This document shows positions 9,394 through 19,126 of a stretch of DNA of 64,000 nt, one piece after another. Each line of letters opens with the position of its first letter. Position 1 is the stretch's first letter. This stretch comes from an uncultured Methanomicrobiaceae archaeon. GTDB taxonomy: Archaea; Halobacteriota; Methanomicrobia; Methanomicrobiales; Methanoculleaceae. Below the pieces are notes generated by a model. That model was not told where the DNA came from and did not search any database. It saw only the letters and a program-made list of their open reading frames with translations. The stretch lies in NCBI GenBank assembly GCA_963826525.1, contig CAWGXH010000005.1, positions 96,001 to 160,000 of the forward strand, in the 5' to 3' direction. A program made the position numbers and the translations under genes.

Positions 9394-9866
9394 TCCCAGA
9401 GCCGTCCGAGGAGGGCGCTCGCGTGAACGTGCGATATCCCCTGGATCGCGAGAATCGCGACGACCGTTCCGGCGATGAAGTCGGAGGCGGCAAACCCTGC
9501 AAGGGTAAATCCGTACACCACGAACGTGGCGATGACAGCTCCCGTTGTCCCGGCATATCCCGGGTCGTGGCAGATGCGGTTTCCGATGTAGACGAGCACC
9601 GCTGCTGCAAGACCTCCCGGAATCCCGGCCACGTAGACGCCGCACGCGGCGAGCAGGGTTCCCGCGGAGGCATCGGGGGAGCAGACGATATTCCCCATCA
9701 TGGTGCCGCCGTGCAGGGAACCGCCGCCGTCCGTGATGTCTTTGGCTATAGCGGATGCTCCGCTGACGCCTCCTGCCTCCGGTAACCGGAAGAGAATGTC
9801 GATTGTTACGAACAGAGCCCAGCTGATGATCGCCGCTGCCAGGATGTGAATGAGTTCATTCAGCAT
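9381..9866 (-). CDS. ehaB: Eha membrane subunit (EhaB-like), first gene of operon
   Basis: LPEAGGVSGA, GNIVCSPDASAGTLLA, GNRICHDPGYAGT. Confidence 0.72.
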   Translation of the reverse strand: MLNELIHILAAAIISWALFVTIDILFRLPEAGGVSGASAIAKDITDGGGSLHGGTMMGNIVCSPDASAGTLLAACGVYVAGIPGGLAAAVLVYIGNRICHDPGYAGTTGAVIATFVVYGFTLAGFAASDFIAGTVVAILAIQGISHVHASALLGRLWEWRS

Positions 9867-10170
9867 CGGTACTCCAACTATGGAAAAATACGTGCGGTCT
9901 ATTCGATAAAGGTTTTCATGTTACCATCTTTCCCGTTTCGTTCCGGGAGATCGGGTTTTCTGCCGCCACTACGGATGCCCCGGATTTCTACGACGTATGG
10001 TATAATATATATAATTAATACTGCATATCAGTAACCGTCATCGGATTCTCACGTACCGCCGCAGGGCGGCCACGGGCTTATAGGAATCCCGGGCAGGAGC
10101 GGCGGGGTGCGCCGGGTGGAATTCCGAGTGCATTATGTACTCTTTAGATCCAATCCTTGAAGAGAGCGCC

Positions 10171-11229
10171 ATGCCGTCCAGTACCCCGCGCATCGATCCC
10201 GTCACGCTCGCGCTTCTTTCCGGCATTCTCATTGCTGCCGCCGCTCTCTTCTGGCCGCTCCTCGACGTGGTCGTCCTTGCCCTCTCGGTTGCCGTGGTGA
10301 TCTATCCCGTTCACCGCTATCTCTCCCGCTTTCTGCCCGGAGCGGCGGCGGCCGGGGTGACGGTGGCGGCCGTCGTCGTCGTCCTTCTGGCATCCGGAGC
10401 CTTCGTCGCTCTCGTGCTCGCCCAGAATGCGGAGTACCTTACCGGGATCGTCGGGATCATCGCCGACTGGATCGCCGCACCGACGCTCGGCGAGACAGGG
10501 GCGGTGCTCCCGATACCACAGGGCGAAATAGCGGAACTGTTTGCCGGGCAGGCCGCGAGCCTGGAGAGGTCCCTCACCGGTATGGCAGAGCTCGCCCCGA
10601 TCATGGTCGTCAAGATCATCGTCTTCTTTCTCACGCTGTACGTTGCCCTGCATAAGGGCGCCGAGGCCGTTGCCGGGCTCGTGGCTCACCTGCCCGCGAC
10701 GTTCGGGGATGCAATCGGCCGGATGTCGAAGGTCACCGTCGACACCCTCTACGCCATCTACGTGGTGCACGTGGCGACGTCGGTCATCACCTTCTTTCTT
10801 GCACTCCCCTTCTTCTACGCCCTCGGCTACGGGCACGTCCTCTTCTACTCGGTCATGGCCGGAGCCTTCCAGCTCGTGCCGGTCATCGGCCCATCCCTGA
10901 TCATGCTCTTCCTCGGTATCTTCGCTCTCTCGACCGGGGACGTCAGGGGAGCGATCTTCGTGGCGCTGGTCGGCTATCCGATCGTCTGTGCCCTGCCCGA
11001 CATCTACTTCCGTCCGCTGATGATGGGGCGGCGAGCCAGCATTCATCCGGTGATCATGTGGATAGGGTTCTTCGGCGGGCTTGCCGTCATGGGCATCATC
11101 GGATTCGTCCTCGGGCCGCTCTTCCTCGCGCTGCTCGTCGCAGGATACGCCATCCTGATCCGCGACCGTAAATCCGCCGCTGCTGCCCCTGTTTTGCAGG
11201 AATCGCCGGAGCTTCGGAGCAAGGTATAA
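10171..11229 (+). CDS. AI-2E (UPF0118) family transporter
   Basis: Polytopic; LVPVIGP, DIYFRP and HPVIMWIGFFGG...GFVLGP motifs. Confidence 0.88.
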   Translation: MPSSTPRIDPVTLALLSGILIAAAALFWPLLDVVVLALSVAVVIYPVHRYLSRFLPGAAAAGVTVAAVVVVLLASGAFVALVLAQNAEYLTGIVGIIADWIAAPTLGETGAVLPIPQGEIAELFAGQAASLERSLTGMAELAPIMVVKIIVFFLTLYVALHKGAEAVAGLVAHLPATFGDAIGRMSKVTVDTLYAIYVVHVATSVITFFLALPFFYALGYGHVLFYSVMAGAFQLVPVIGPSLIMLFLGIFALSTGDVRGAIFVALVGYPIVCALPDIYFRPLMMGRRASIHPVIMWIGFFGGLAVMGIIGFVLGPLFLALLVAGYAILIRDRKSAAAAPVLQESPELRSKV

Positions 11230-11257
11230 ATCCGGCACTCTTCCACAGTATAGGGAA

Positions 11258-11342
11258 GCGAGGGTTGCCGAGCCTGGTCAAAGGCGCAGGGCTTAGGACC
11301 CTGTCACGAAGGTGTTCGAGCGTTCGAATCGCTCCCCTCGCA
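11258..11342 (+). tRNA. tRNA-Leu (anticodon UAG), no intron, CCA not encoded
   Basis: Acceptor stem GCGAGGG/CCCTCGC plus A; anticodon arm CAGGG-CT-TAG-GA-CCCTG; long variable arm; T arm GAGCG-TTCGAAT-CGCTC; TATAAA about 30 nt upstream. Confidence 0.97.
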
Positions 11343-11983
11343 TAGCACTCTTCTGGGTTATAGTTAGTAGTGAAAAATGCCACCCCCTCATACTTGACAT
11401 CACACTCTTCAAAAACAGCTCAACTCAGATCAACACTGCTCTTGTGTTCAATGTGAGCGCCCTTTTCAAAGATTACAACATCGTCCGGAAATTACCCGGC
11501 CGCATATCGCCGTTATGCCTTGATGATCCTGCCGCTTTTAAGGCATCAGGCCGATCTGCTCCGGTTAATTCCCATGCCGCGATTCGTCCTCTGAAGGTTT
11601 CGTTAAAATCGGAAAATGATAGTCCGGCATCATCAACTCAGTATTCTCATGGGAGCCAATATGTGTTATCTCCGGGGATCAGGCCGCCCTGAGGCCTTGT
11701 TGTAAATTGTGTACGGCGCCGATCTCCAGTGCGATCGATGAATCCATTCTCATAAGGTGTTCGCCGGACTCACAGAAAGAGCCCGAACACGATTTCTACA
11801 GAGCGTATCCTCTATTGTCTTATAATGAACCATGCAGTTCAAAATCCAACCAATGAAACGGGCTATACCATGCTCCTCAAGTTGTCCGGCTTTTACCGTC
11901 AGGCTTGTCCCGTTACGATTGATGGTCTGCACAAACTTCGTAACCGTTATCGTTCCTGTTACGGTATCTTTCCATGACTCATC

Positions 11984-13363
11984 ATGAAACCCGAGAAAGC
12001 CTTCATACTCACGATCACCCTCCTTATCACAATTTTCCTTGCCATCTCTGCAGGCTGCATCGGGCCCGGTCAGCAATCGCAGGCTTCGCCTGTCGTCACT
12101 GCAGCTGCCACGCCTGCCGGTGACCGCCCCTCGCTCGTGTTTACGGATGAGGAATTTGCTTTCGAGCTCCGGCGAACACTCGGCGCCGCGTATTCGGGAG
12201 AGGCCGATATCGGCGAGTGCCTTGCCACTGCGTCCCGGATCAAAGAGGGAGACTTTGAAAGCTGGTATGGCGAATGGAACAAGACTGCGGACACCTTCAG
12301 GACGGCGGGTGACGAGAGCCTCGCGGCCGGGCACAGGGTTACCGCAAGGGAAGCATACTACCGGGCCGCAACGTACTACCGCACAGCCGAGTTCTTCCTG
12401 CATGGCAATCCCACCGATCCCCGCATCGTGGAGACCTGGGAAAAGAGCCGGGATTCGTTCCGCGACGCACTCTCGCTCGATGTCGTCCCGTACCAGATCG
12501 TCGCCATCCCGTACGAGAATACGACGCTGCCGGGTTACTTCTATATAGTCGACGACTCCGACGAACAGCGGCCGCTGCTCATCGTCCAGACCGGCTTTGA
12601 CGGCTGCCAGGAGGAACTCCATCCGTATGCGATGGAAGGGATCAAACGCGGATATAACGTCCTGACGTTCGAGGGGCCGGGCCAGGGCGAAGTGATACGG
12701 ATCCGGCATATCCCGTTTCGTCCCGATTGGGAGAATGTGATCGGCCCTGTCGTGGACTATGCGGTGAGCCGGCCCGACGTCGACGAAGACCGGATTGCAC
12801 TCTGGGGAATCTCGCTCGGGGGCTACCTCGCCCCCCGCGGTGCCGCATATGAGCCACGGATCACGGCGCTGGTCGCGGACGCAGGCACCTACGACGTCGG
12901 ACAGACACTCCTGCGGAGCCTGCAGGAAGGCGGGGGAGCGGCCGCTAACCTGACGGAAGAAGAGCTGCAGGAATGGCTGCAGACGGATCCGGTTGAGTTC
13001 AACAATGCTCTCCGCGATGCCATGGCACACGATACCGGCACCCGCTGGCTGAACGAGAACGGGATGTTCGTCTTCAATGTCAGCTCGCCGGCACAGTTCT
13101 GGGCGAAGTGGATGGATTTTTCACTCGTCGGAATTGCCGAAAAGATACGGTGCCCCACGCTGGTCGGTGCCGGTGCGGCCGATCACTTCGACCCGGGCGG
13201 GGTGCAGGCACAGGCACTCTACGACCACCTCGCCTGCGAACGGGACCTTATGGTATTCTCCGACGAGTACGGTGCCGGGTCGCACTGCCAGCTCGGGGCG
13301 TTCGCGCAGTCGTTTGCCGCCAAGTTCGACTGGGTCGACGATACGATGGGAATGAGCGGATAA
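11984..13363 (+). CDS. Putative lipoprotein alpha/beta-fold hydrolase (FrsA / dihydropseudooxynicotine hydrolase-like)
   Basis: Signal peptide ending ISAGC; TGFDG, EGPGQG, nucleophile elbow GISLGG, C-terminal HCQ. Confidence 0.85.
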   Translation: MKPEKAFILTITLLITIFLAISAGCIGPGQQSQASPVVTAAATPAGDRPSLVFTDEEFAFELRRTLGAAYSGEADIGECLATASRIKEGDFESWYGEWNKTADTFRTAGDESLAAGHRVTAREAYYRAATYYRTAEFFLHGNPTDPRIVETWEKSRDSFRDALSLDVVPYQIVAIPYENTTLPGYFYIVDDSDEQRPLLIVQTGFDGCQEELHPYAMEGIKRGYNVLTFEGPGQGEVIRIRHIPFRPDWENVIGPVVDYAVSRPDVDEDRIALWGISLGGYLAPRGAAYEPRITALVADAGTYDVGQTLLRSLQEGGGAAANLTEEELQEWLQTDPVEFNNALRDAMAHDTGTRWLNENGMFVFNVSSPAQFWAKWMDFSLVGIAEKIRCPTLVGAGAADHFDPGGVQAQALYDHLACERDLMVFSDEYGAGSHCQLGAFAQSFAAKFDWVDDTMGMSG

Positions 13364-13367
13364 ATGG

Positions 13368-13682
13368 GCCGGAATAACACCATCCGGGCTACGGTGCGAG
13401 CGCCTCCGGCGGGCGGGGTGCCGGCCCCGGGATGCGAGGGACACGCCCTCTCTTCGCCCTGGAAGGAGGGTATATTAGCGTTCTTTTTCGATTTTAGCGA
13501 CGATATCAGAGTGCGGATTTTGGCCGTGGAATTAGCGACGTAAATCGCTCCGATTGCTGAAAGACGGCAGGATCGCGAGGCCATAATGGCTATATGAGCG
13601 AAGGTAATTTTTTGACGATGTTTTGTATGGCTCGCCTCGAGATCGGCCGTCTACGGGCTTCTATGGGGGTGGTTATTCCGGC
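13368..13682. mobile_element. Candidate MITE, about 315 bp, non-coding
   Basis: Perfect 11-bp inverted repeats GCCGGAATAAC (13368-13378) and GTTATTCCGGC (13672-13682) that extend imperfectly inward; no clear target-site duplication. Confidence 0.4.
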
Positions 13683-14034
13683 AGATTCGGCCGGGATTGT
13701 GGGTATTTAAGTGTTGCTTGACCGGAACGGCAGCCTGCATGCCCGGGCTTGAGAACCGGTGATGCGAACGGCCGCCGGTCTATCGTGCGATGCTTTTTAT
13801 CCGGTGTATCGGCAGAGATGCCCCGGTTCGGGGTTTCCCCGGCGAACGATATCGAAATGCCGCTCCAGTGCCCGATCATACGTGTACTCTGGAACCTCCC
13901 GTGAGGAGATGTCCCATTCCTGGGAGAGAAAAAGCCCCTGACCGCGGGTGCATGAAGCATATGCCCGCGTTGAAAAATACCGGCACCATTTTTGCTTATG
14001 ATTGCACAACCCTCATTCCGGAGCTGGAACGTTC

Positions 14035-14232
14035 ATGGAAAAATCACTCGTGTGTCCCCGGTGCGGCAAGTCGACCCTGAAGGCAGAATTCCCCGACCAG
14101 TATGAGGTCTGGCTCAAATGCTCCTCCTGCGGGCTCTTTTTGGGGATGAGCCACAACGAATGGCACCATATGGAGAACAGCCCCAATATTAACCAGAAGA
14201 TCCGTAAGTTGGCGGAGAAGACGGGGGAATAA
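14035..14232 (+). CDS. Zinc-finger microprotein (65 aa)
   Basis: CPRCG...CSSCG pair; GGAG-type RBS upstream. Confidence 0.65.
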   Translation: MEKSLVCPRCGKSTLKAEFPDQYEVWLKCSSCGLFLGMSHNEWHHMENSPNINQKIRKLAEKTGE

Positions 14233-14329
14233 TCCGGTCGGATTTCGGTTTTCCGACAGACTATCTCCCTGTACATGGGCGATCTCTTGGGACTTCCCCG
14301 GAGATCTCTTAAAAGCCCTTTTTTACGAT

Positions 14330-14374
14330 CAAAACATGCAGAAAGCCCACGACTTTAGTCGTGGGAGCAGTCAC
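14330..14374 (+). mobile_element. Solo IS200/IS605-family end hairpin without tnpA/tnpB
   Basis: CAAAAC...AAAG-CCCACGACT-TT-AGTCGTGGG-AGCAG-TCAC: perfect 9-bp stem, left-end-like 5' flank, right-end-like 3' tail. Confidence 0.75.
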
Positions 14375-14846
14375 GAAGAAGATCCTATGTCCCGCATGGA
14401 CGTTCTTTCGATCATTCGGACGGCTGCGCAATCCTCCGGCCACGCCATCGTGGTATCCCGGGAAGGAGAAGTCGTGATCCCATGAATCCTGTTTTTGTGG
14501 TGAAATTATTCTTTGTTGTTGCATAGGTGCTTCGAAGTCGGCTCTGGAATTACCTCTATTAACGCATCCCTGCTGCCTGCTTTGGAATATCTCCTCCTCG
14601 CCGCTCTGCCCTGTTTCACTGTGATATCCCGGGGGTGCTCGCGGAGATCATGGGAGACCAAAGGCCGTCAATCTCCGCAAATGTTCTTCGAAAAAGCCCG
14701 AGATTCTCATGAAAACCCATCCCGTTTCAGGGTGCTTTTCCGTCGAAACTCCTGCGTCCGGATCTTTCCCGATTGGCACCATGCAAACTTTTATGACATT
14801 ATGCGCATATGTGTAATATATCTCATAGATATGAGGTGAATACAGA

Positions 14847-15056
14847 ATGCCAGGTTTTGATGGTACCGGACCCGCTGGACAGGGTCCGATGACGGGATGG
14901 CGCCGCGGGCGATGTATGCCGGCGCAGGTACAGGTCGGAGATGAACAGGGCACCCCTGAGGCTCCACGGGCTACCCCGGTCTACGGCCTTGGCCGTGGCG
15001 GACTGCCGTGCGGCTGCGGCAGAGGCTTCGGCGGCGGACGACGGCGGAGAATGTGA
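14847..15056 (+). CDS. DUF5320-like Gly/Arg-rich small protein
   Basis: MPGFDGTGPAGQGPMTG...GRGFGGGRRRR; RBS GAGGTG. Confidence 0.8.
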   Translation: MPGFDGTGPAGQGPMTGWRRGRCMPAQVQVGDEQGTPEAPRATPVYGLGRGGLPCGCGRGFGGGRRRRM

Positions 15057-15070
15057 GGGGTGATCGAGTA

Positions 15071-15427
15071 ATGAAGATAGCAATCGCCAAAGACGGTAAC
15101 CAGGTCTCCGAGCACTTCGGGCACTGCGAAGGGTATGCGATATACCGGGTCGAGAACTCGATCATCTTCACAGAGGGCACCCTTGCAAGCCCCGGCCACG
15201 AGCCCGGACGGCTTCCGGTATTCTTGAGCGAACACGGGGTCAACCTCGTGATTGCGGGCGGTATGGGCCCTCGAGCCGTCGAGCTCTTTGCAGCGAACGG
15301 CATCGAGGTGCTCCTCGGCATCGGCGGACCAATCGACTGCGTCGCACAGGACTACATCGCGGGCCGCCTCTCGCCGGGTGAGAGTTCGTGCCACCACGGG
15401 CACGAGGGCTGCGACGGAACGCACTAA
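15071..15427 (+). CDS. NifB/NifX-family cofactor-binding protein
   Basis: MKIAI...VSEHFGHC...GGMGPRA; His/Cys-rich tail. Confidence 0.88.
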   Translation: MKIAIAKDGNQVSEHFGHCEGYAIYRVENSIIFTEGTLASPGHEPGRLPVFLSEHGVNLVIAGGMGPRAVELFAANGIEVLLGIGGPIDCVAQDYIAGRLSPGESSCHHGHEGCDGTH

Positions 15428-15702
15428 AGGAAAGATCCGCCCTTCCCGCACCGGGAGCCTGCACTTGCATCGACCGATGCCGTCCGGGTTCCTGTGCGAG
15501 CGGATCAGACTGCACGTATCCTCACGGTTCGGCCGGGGAACGCCCCGCAGCCGAACCACTATCCCGGTCATCAGTGCCTTCCGGTCACCCCTCCGGGGTG
15601 TTCTTGAAGGTGTCTGATTGCTCCTGGTTCCCCATTCTGTGGTCGAGTCAGGCGGCTATTATGTTTATAGGTTGACAAAATAATAGAGGAGTTGAATCTA
15701 GC

Positions 15703-16038
15703 ATGAAAGTATGTGTTACAGCGCGTGCCTCAGGACCTGAGGCACCGGTAGAAGAGCGATTCGGAAGAGCGCCCTACTTTGTCTTTGTCGATACGGAGAC
15801 CGGCGAGTCGCAGAGCATAGCGAACGGTTTTGCCGATGCGGCAGGCGGTGTCGGGCCGAGAGCGGTGCAGCTTGTCGCCGATGCCGGCGCAGAGGTCCTG
15901 ATCACCGGGCAGGTGGGTGGAAACGCTGCGAAAGCGCTGCAGGCATCCGGCATCAAGGGTTATACCTACCGGGGCGGTGGCCGTGTGGCGGATGCGCTGG
16001 AGCAGTACGCCGCCGGGAAACTTCAGCCGCTGCTGTGA
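15703..16038 (+). CDS. NifB/NifX-family cofactor-binding protein
   Basis: RFGRAPYF, GGVGP, LITGQVGGNA. Confidence 0.88.
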   Translation: MKVCVTARASGPEAPVEERFGRAPYFVFVDTETGESQSIANGFADAAGGVGPRAVQLVADAGAEVLITGQVGGNAAKALQASGIKGYTYRGGGRVADALEQYAAGKLQPLL

Positions 16039-16902
16039 GTGATGCAGAGATGAAGATCGTCGTTGCCAGTGGGAAGGGGGGCACCGGGAAAAGCACCGTG
16101 ACGGCAAACCTTGCATACTCGCTCTCGCTGACACGCGAGGTGGCGGTCGTCGACTGCGATGTAGAGGAGCCGAACCTCCATCTCTTCTTCCCGTCGGCTT
16201 CGACGGATCTGCCGGTTACCGTCACTATTCCCGAGATTGATCAAAGCCGCTGCACCCTCTGCGGCGAATGCGGGAAGTTCTGCCGCTACGGCGCACTGAC
16301 CGTGCTCCGGGACAGGGTTCTCGTCTTCCCCGAACTCTGCCACTCCTGCGGCGGATGCAGGCTTCGTCTGCCCGCAGGGTGCGATACGGGAGGTCAGGCG
16401 CCCCATCGGGGTGGTGCGGTGCTCCCGGCCTCTGCCCACGCTGACCCTCATCAGCGGGTTCTTACGGGAAGGCGAGGTGCAGGCGCCTCAGGTGATCCGT
16501 ATGGCCAAACTGCTGGCGGAAGGGCACCCGCTTATTCTGTACGATTCGTCGCCGGGAATTGCCTGCCCGGTCATCGAAACAATGGAGGGGTCGGATGTCT
16601 GCATTCTCGTCACCGAGTCGACGCCGTTCGGCCTGCACGACCTTCGCCTGGCTGCGGAGGTGGCAGGGAGTCTCAATCTCCCCTCGGGGGTCGTGATCAA
16701 CCGGAGCGACGGGAGGGATGAGGCGATCACGGAGTTCTGCCGGGAACAGGGACTCCCGGTTCTCATGACGATCCCCTTCGACCGGAAGATAGCCGCCGTC
16801 CAGAACACCGGCGGCCTGATCAGCCGCGATCTGCCGGGCTGGGCCGAGCGCTTCATCGATCTCTTCGGGAAGGTCTCGGAACGTGCCGGGGTGAGGACAT
16901 GA
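16035..16902 (+). CDS. MinD/ParA-type P-loop ATPase with inserted ferredoxin, frameshifted near 16365
   Basis: SGKGGTGKS, DCDVEEPN and two Cys clusters; continues in ORF 16411..16902 (DSSPGIACP, TESTPFGLHDL). Confidence 0.85.
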
Positions 16903-17770
16903 TCCGGCTTGCCGTGATCAGCGGGAAGGGCGGCACCGGGAAGACGATGGTGACGGCCGCCCTCGCGGATATCGGCCGGATGCCTCAGGTGCTTGCCGAC
17001 TGCGATGTGGATGCCTCCAATCTCGAACTGCTCTGTGCACCCCGGCGGATCGGTACAGAGCCCTTTATGGGGCTGGAGGTGCCCCGGTTCGATCCGGAGT
17101 ACTGCCGTGACTGCGGGATCTGTGCAGACCGGTGCAGGTTCGGCGCGATCGTGCGCCGGGACGATGCCTGGCAGGTCGACGCCATACACTGCGAGGGGTG
17201 CGGTGCCTGTGCATACGCGTGCCCTATGGGGGCGATTGCCATGGTACCCCGGGTCTGCGGGGAGATCTACACCTCGGAGACGGAATGCGGACGCCTGGCG
17301 CACGCCCGGTTGAACCCTGGGGCAGGGAACTCCGGGCTGCTCGTGCACGAGGTCAAAAAACGTGCGAACGGCATGGCAGACCGGGTGCGATCTGCTGCTT
17401 GTCGACGGGCCGCCGGGGATCGGCTGTCCGCTGATCTCGACGATCAGCGGGATGGATGCGGTGCTCATCGTCACCGAACCGAGCGTCTCCGCACTGCACG
17501 ATCTCGGGCGGCTGGTGACGGTCTGCCGCCGGTTTGGCGCCCGGATCTTCGTCGCGATCAACCGATTCGATCTCGCGGAGACGATCACGCGGGAGATACT
17601 GGCGTACTGCGAGGAGGAGGGGCTGACCGTGGTGGGCCTGATTCCGTTCGATCCGCTGGTGATCGAAGCCGTCAGGAACAATCAACCGGTGACCCGCATG
17701 GATTGTCCTGCAGCGAAAGTTATTGGAGAACTGAGCGATAACCTCTTCTTCGAAACTGAGGAGAGCGTGA
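16899..17770 (+). CDS. Second MinD-type ATPase with ferredoxin, frameshifted near 17385; end approximate
   Basis: SGKGGTGKT, DCDVDASN and two Cys clusters; continues as DGPPGIGCP, TEPSVSALHDL. Confidence 0.82.
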
Positions 17771-18142
17771 TGGTGCCGGAAAGGAATGGGTGCTGCCGAA
17801 AACAGCGCGGGAGGCCGCGGGTACGTCGAACGATCGCAAGTGAAGGCGCCTACCGCTGCTATGCTCCGCTCTGCACCGAAGATGCGCATGAGGGTGGGAT
17901 GGTGATGCTTCTCCCCGAGGAGGTCGAGGTGCTGAGACTCGATCGATCTCGAGGGCCTTGAGCAGGAAGAGGCGGCTGCCCTGCTTGGAGTCTCCCGCAA
18001 GACGGCGTGGCGGGATCTGCACGAAGCCCGGCGAAAGGTCGCCGATGCCCTGGTGAACGGAAAGACCCTGGGGATCGCCGGATGTGCCCGCCGGAGGTGC
18101 GGCACCTGTCCGCACGAAGACGAGGCTGACGATCTCGCATAG
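17770..18142 (+). CDS. DUF134 HTH protein, frameshifted near 17940
   Basis: RGRPRVRR...EEVEVLRL, then in another frame IDLEGLEQEEAAALLGVSRKTAWRDLHEARRKVADALVNGK. Confidence 0.82.
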
Positions 18143-18811
18143 TCGGCACCTGCGCAGGGAGGGGGCTCGACCTGCCCATCCTCCGCGATGTAATAACCGG
18201 AAATACGATTCCGGTCGGTATTCGATGAGGTGGTACTTCCCCGGGAACCGACCGCTCTCATCGGTCGACCCCGTGACCATAACGGCCTCGCCGGCGTTGT
18301 CGGATGAGGCGTACGTAGAAGTCCACTGCTCGCTTGCGTTTTTCCCCGGTTCCATTCCCGCACTCTTCGGGGCACGATCATTTCCTGCAACGATCCTCGC
18401 GGCCTGGAGCGAACGCTGTCTTCCGGCTATTCGAGAGATGCCGCACTCTCACCGGGTGTGAACCTGTGATGCCACCAGTGCCGGGTCAGGACGACCCCGG
18501 GTTGTACGTGCCGCGGAACGTCTCCTTCGCTCTGCAATCTGGGTGATGGCCGGAGATGAGAGAGACGGCATAGCTCCGGTCCGGAGTATGCGTGTATACT
18601 GGTTCTCTGAACCGCTCTCCTGCTGCACGGTATCTCAAACGAGCGCGCGCCTCTCCCGGAGTACCGCCGCACGAGCGTCAGCGCATCACACTCCGGTTCC
18701 GTGATCCGTCGGGTGTGAGGCAGGTTTCCCGTCTTCGAAGGCAAAAGGCATCTTCGATGCCCCTTTGACAATTCGGGGAGCAGTGCCTGGAGAATGGGGG
18801 GCTCAAAAAAG

Positions 18812-19126
18812 TTATTTGCTTAGATAATTGTTCTTCTGCAGCCACTCGACCTGCGGCCGGATATATCGGTAGATGATATCGCACTTCTCGTCCTGGAAGT
18901 CCCAGGGGACGACGATGAGGAGATCACCTTCTCGTATCCAGAGTCTCTTCTTGATCTTGCCTTTGATTCTCCCCATGCGGGTAACGCCGTCCTCGCACCG
19001 TACACGGATATGGTTGGCTCCAAGCATGAGCTCGGCACGGGCGAAGATCTCTCTGTTCCGTTTCTTCGGCAACCGTACCCGAACGATCTCCGTATTCTCG
19101 CTTGCCTGGCCTTTCTTCTCTGTCAG
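18812..19126 (-). CDS. eif1a: Translation initiation factor aIF-1A, probable CUG start
   Basis: RVRLP...MLGANH...RMGRIKGKIKKRLWIREGD...PWDFQDEKCDIIYRY. Frame is open to CTG at 19126, preceded by TAA and a GGAG RBS. Confidence 0.93.
   Translation of the reverse strand: MTEKKGQASENTEIVRVRLPKKRNREIFARAELMLGANHIRVRCEDGVTRMGRIKGKIKKRLWIREGDLLIVVPWDFQDEKCDIIYRYIRPQVEWLQKNNYLSK

Noticed and set aside
11258-14400. Provirus or integrative element at tRNA-Leu
   Set aside because: No integrase, no viral genes and no duplicated tRNA 3' end found.
15071-16038. Nitrogen fixation genes
   Set aside because: Only NifX-like carrier domains, which are widespread outside diazotrophs; no nifHDK in the window.
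17362-17961. Apparent MinD-ATPase::DUF134 fusion
   Set aside because: Removing one base near 17748 gives a stop overlapping the DUF134 ATG (TGATG); most likely an indel artefact.
18640-18790. Possible ncRNA or riboswitch around the GGCATC-TTC-GATGCC hairpin
   Set aside because: Short stem in a gap between convergent genes; no match to an RNA family I recognise.
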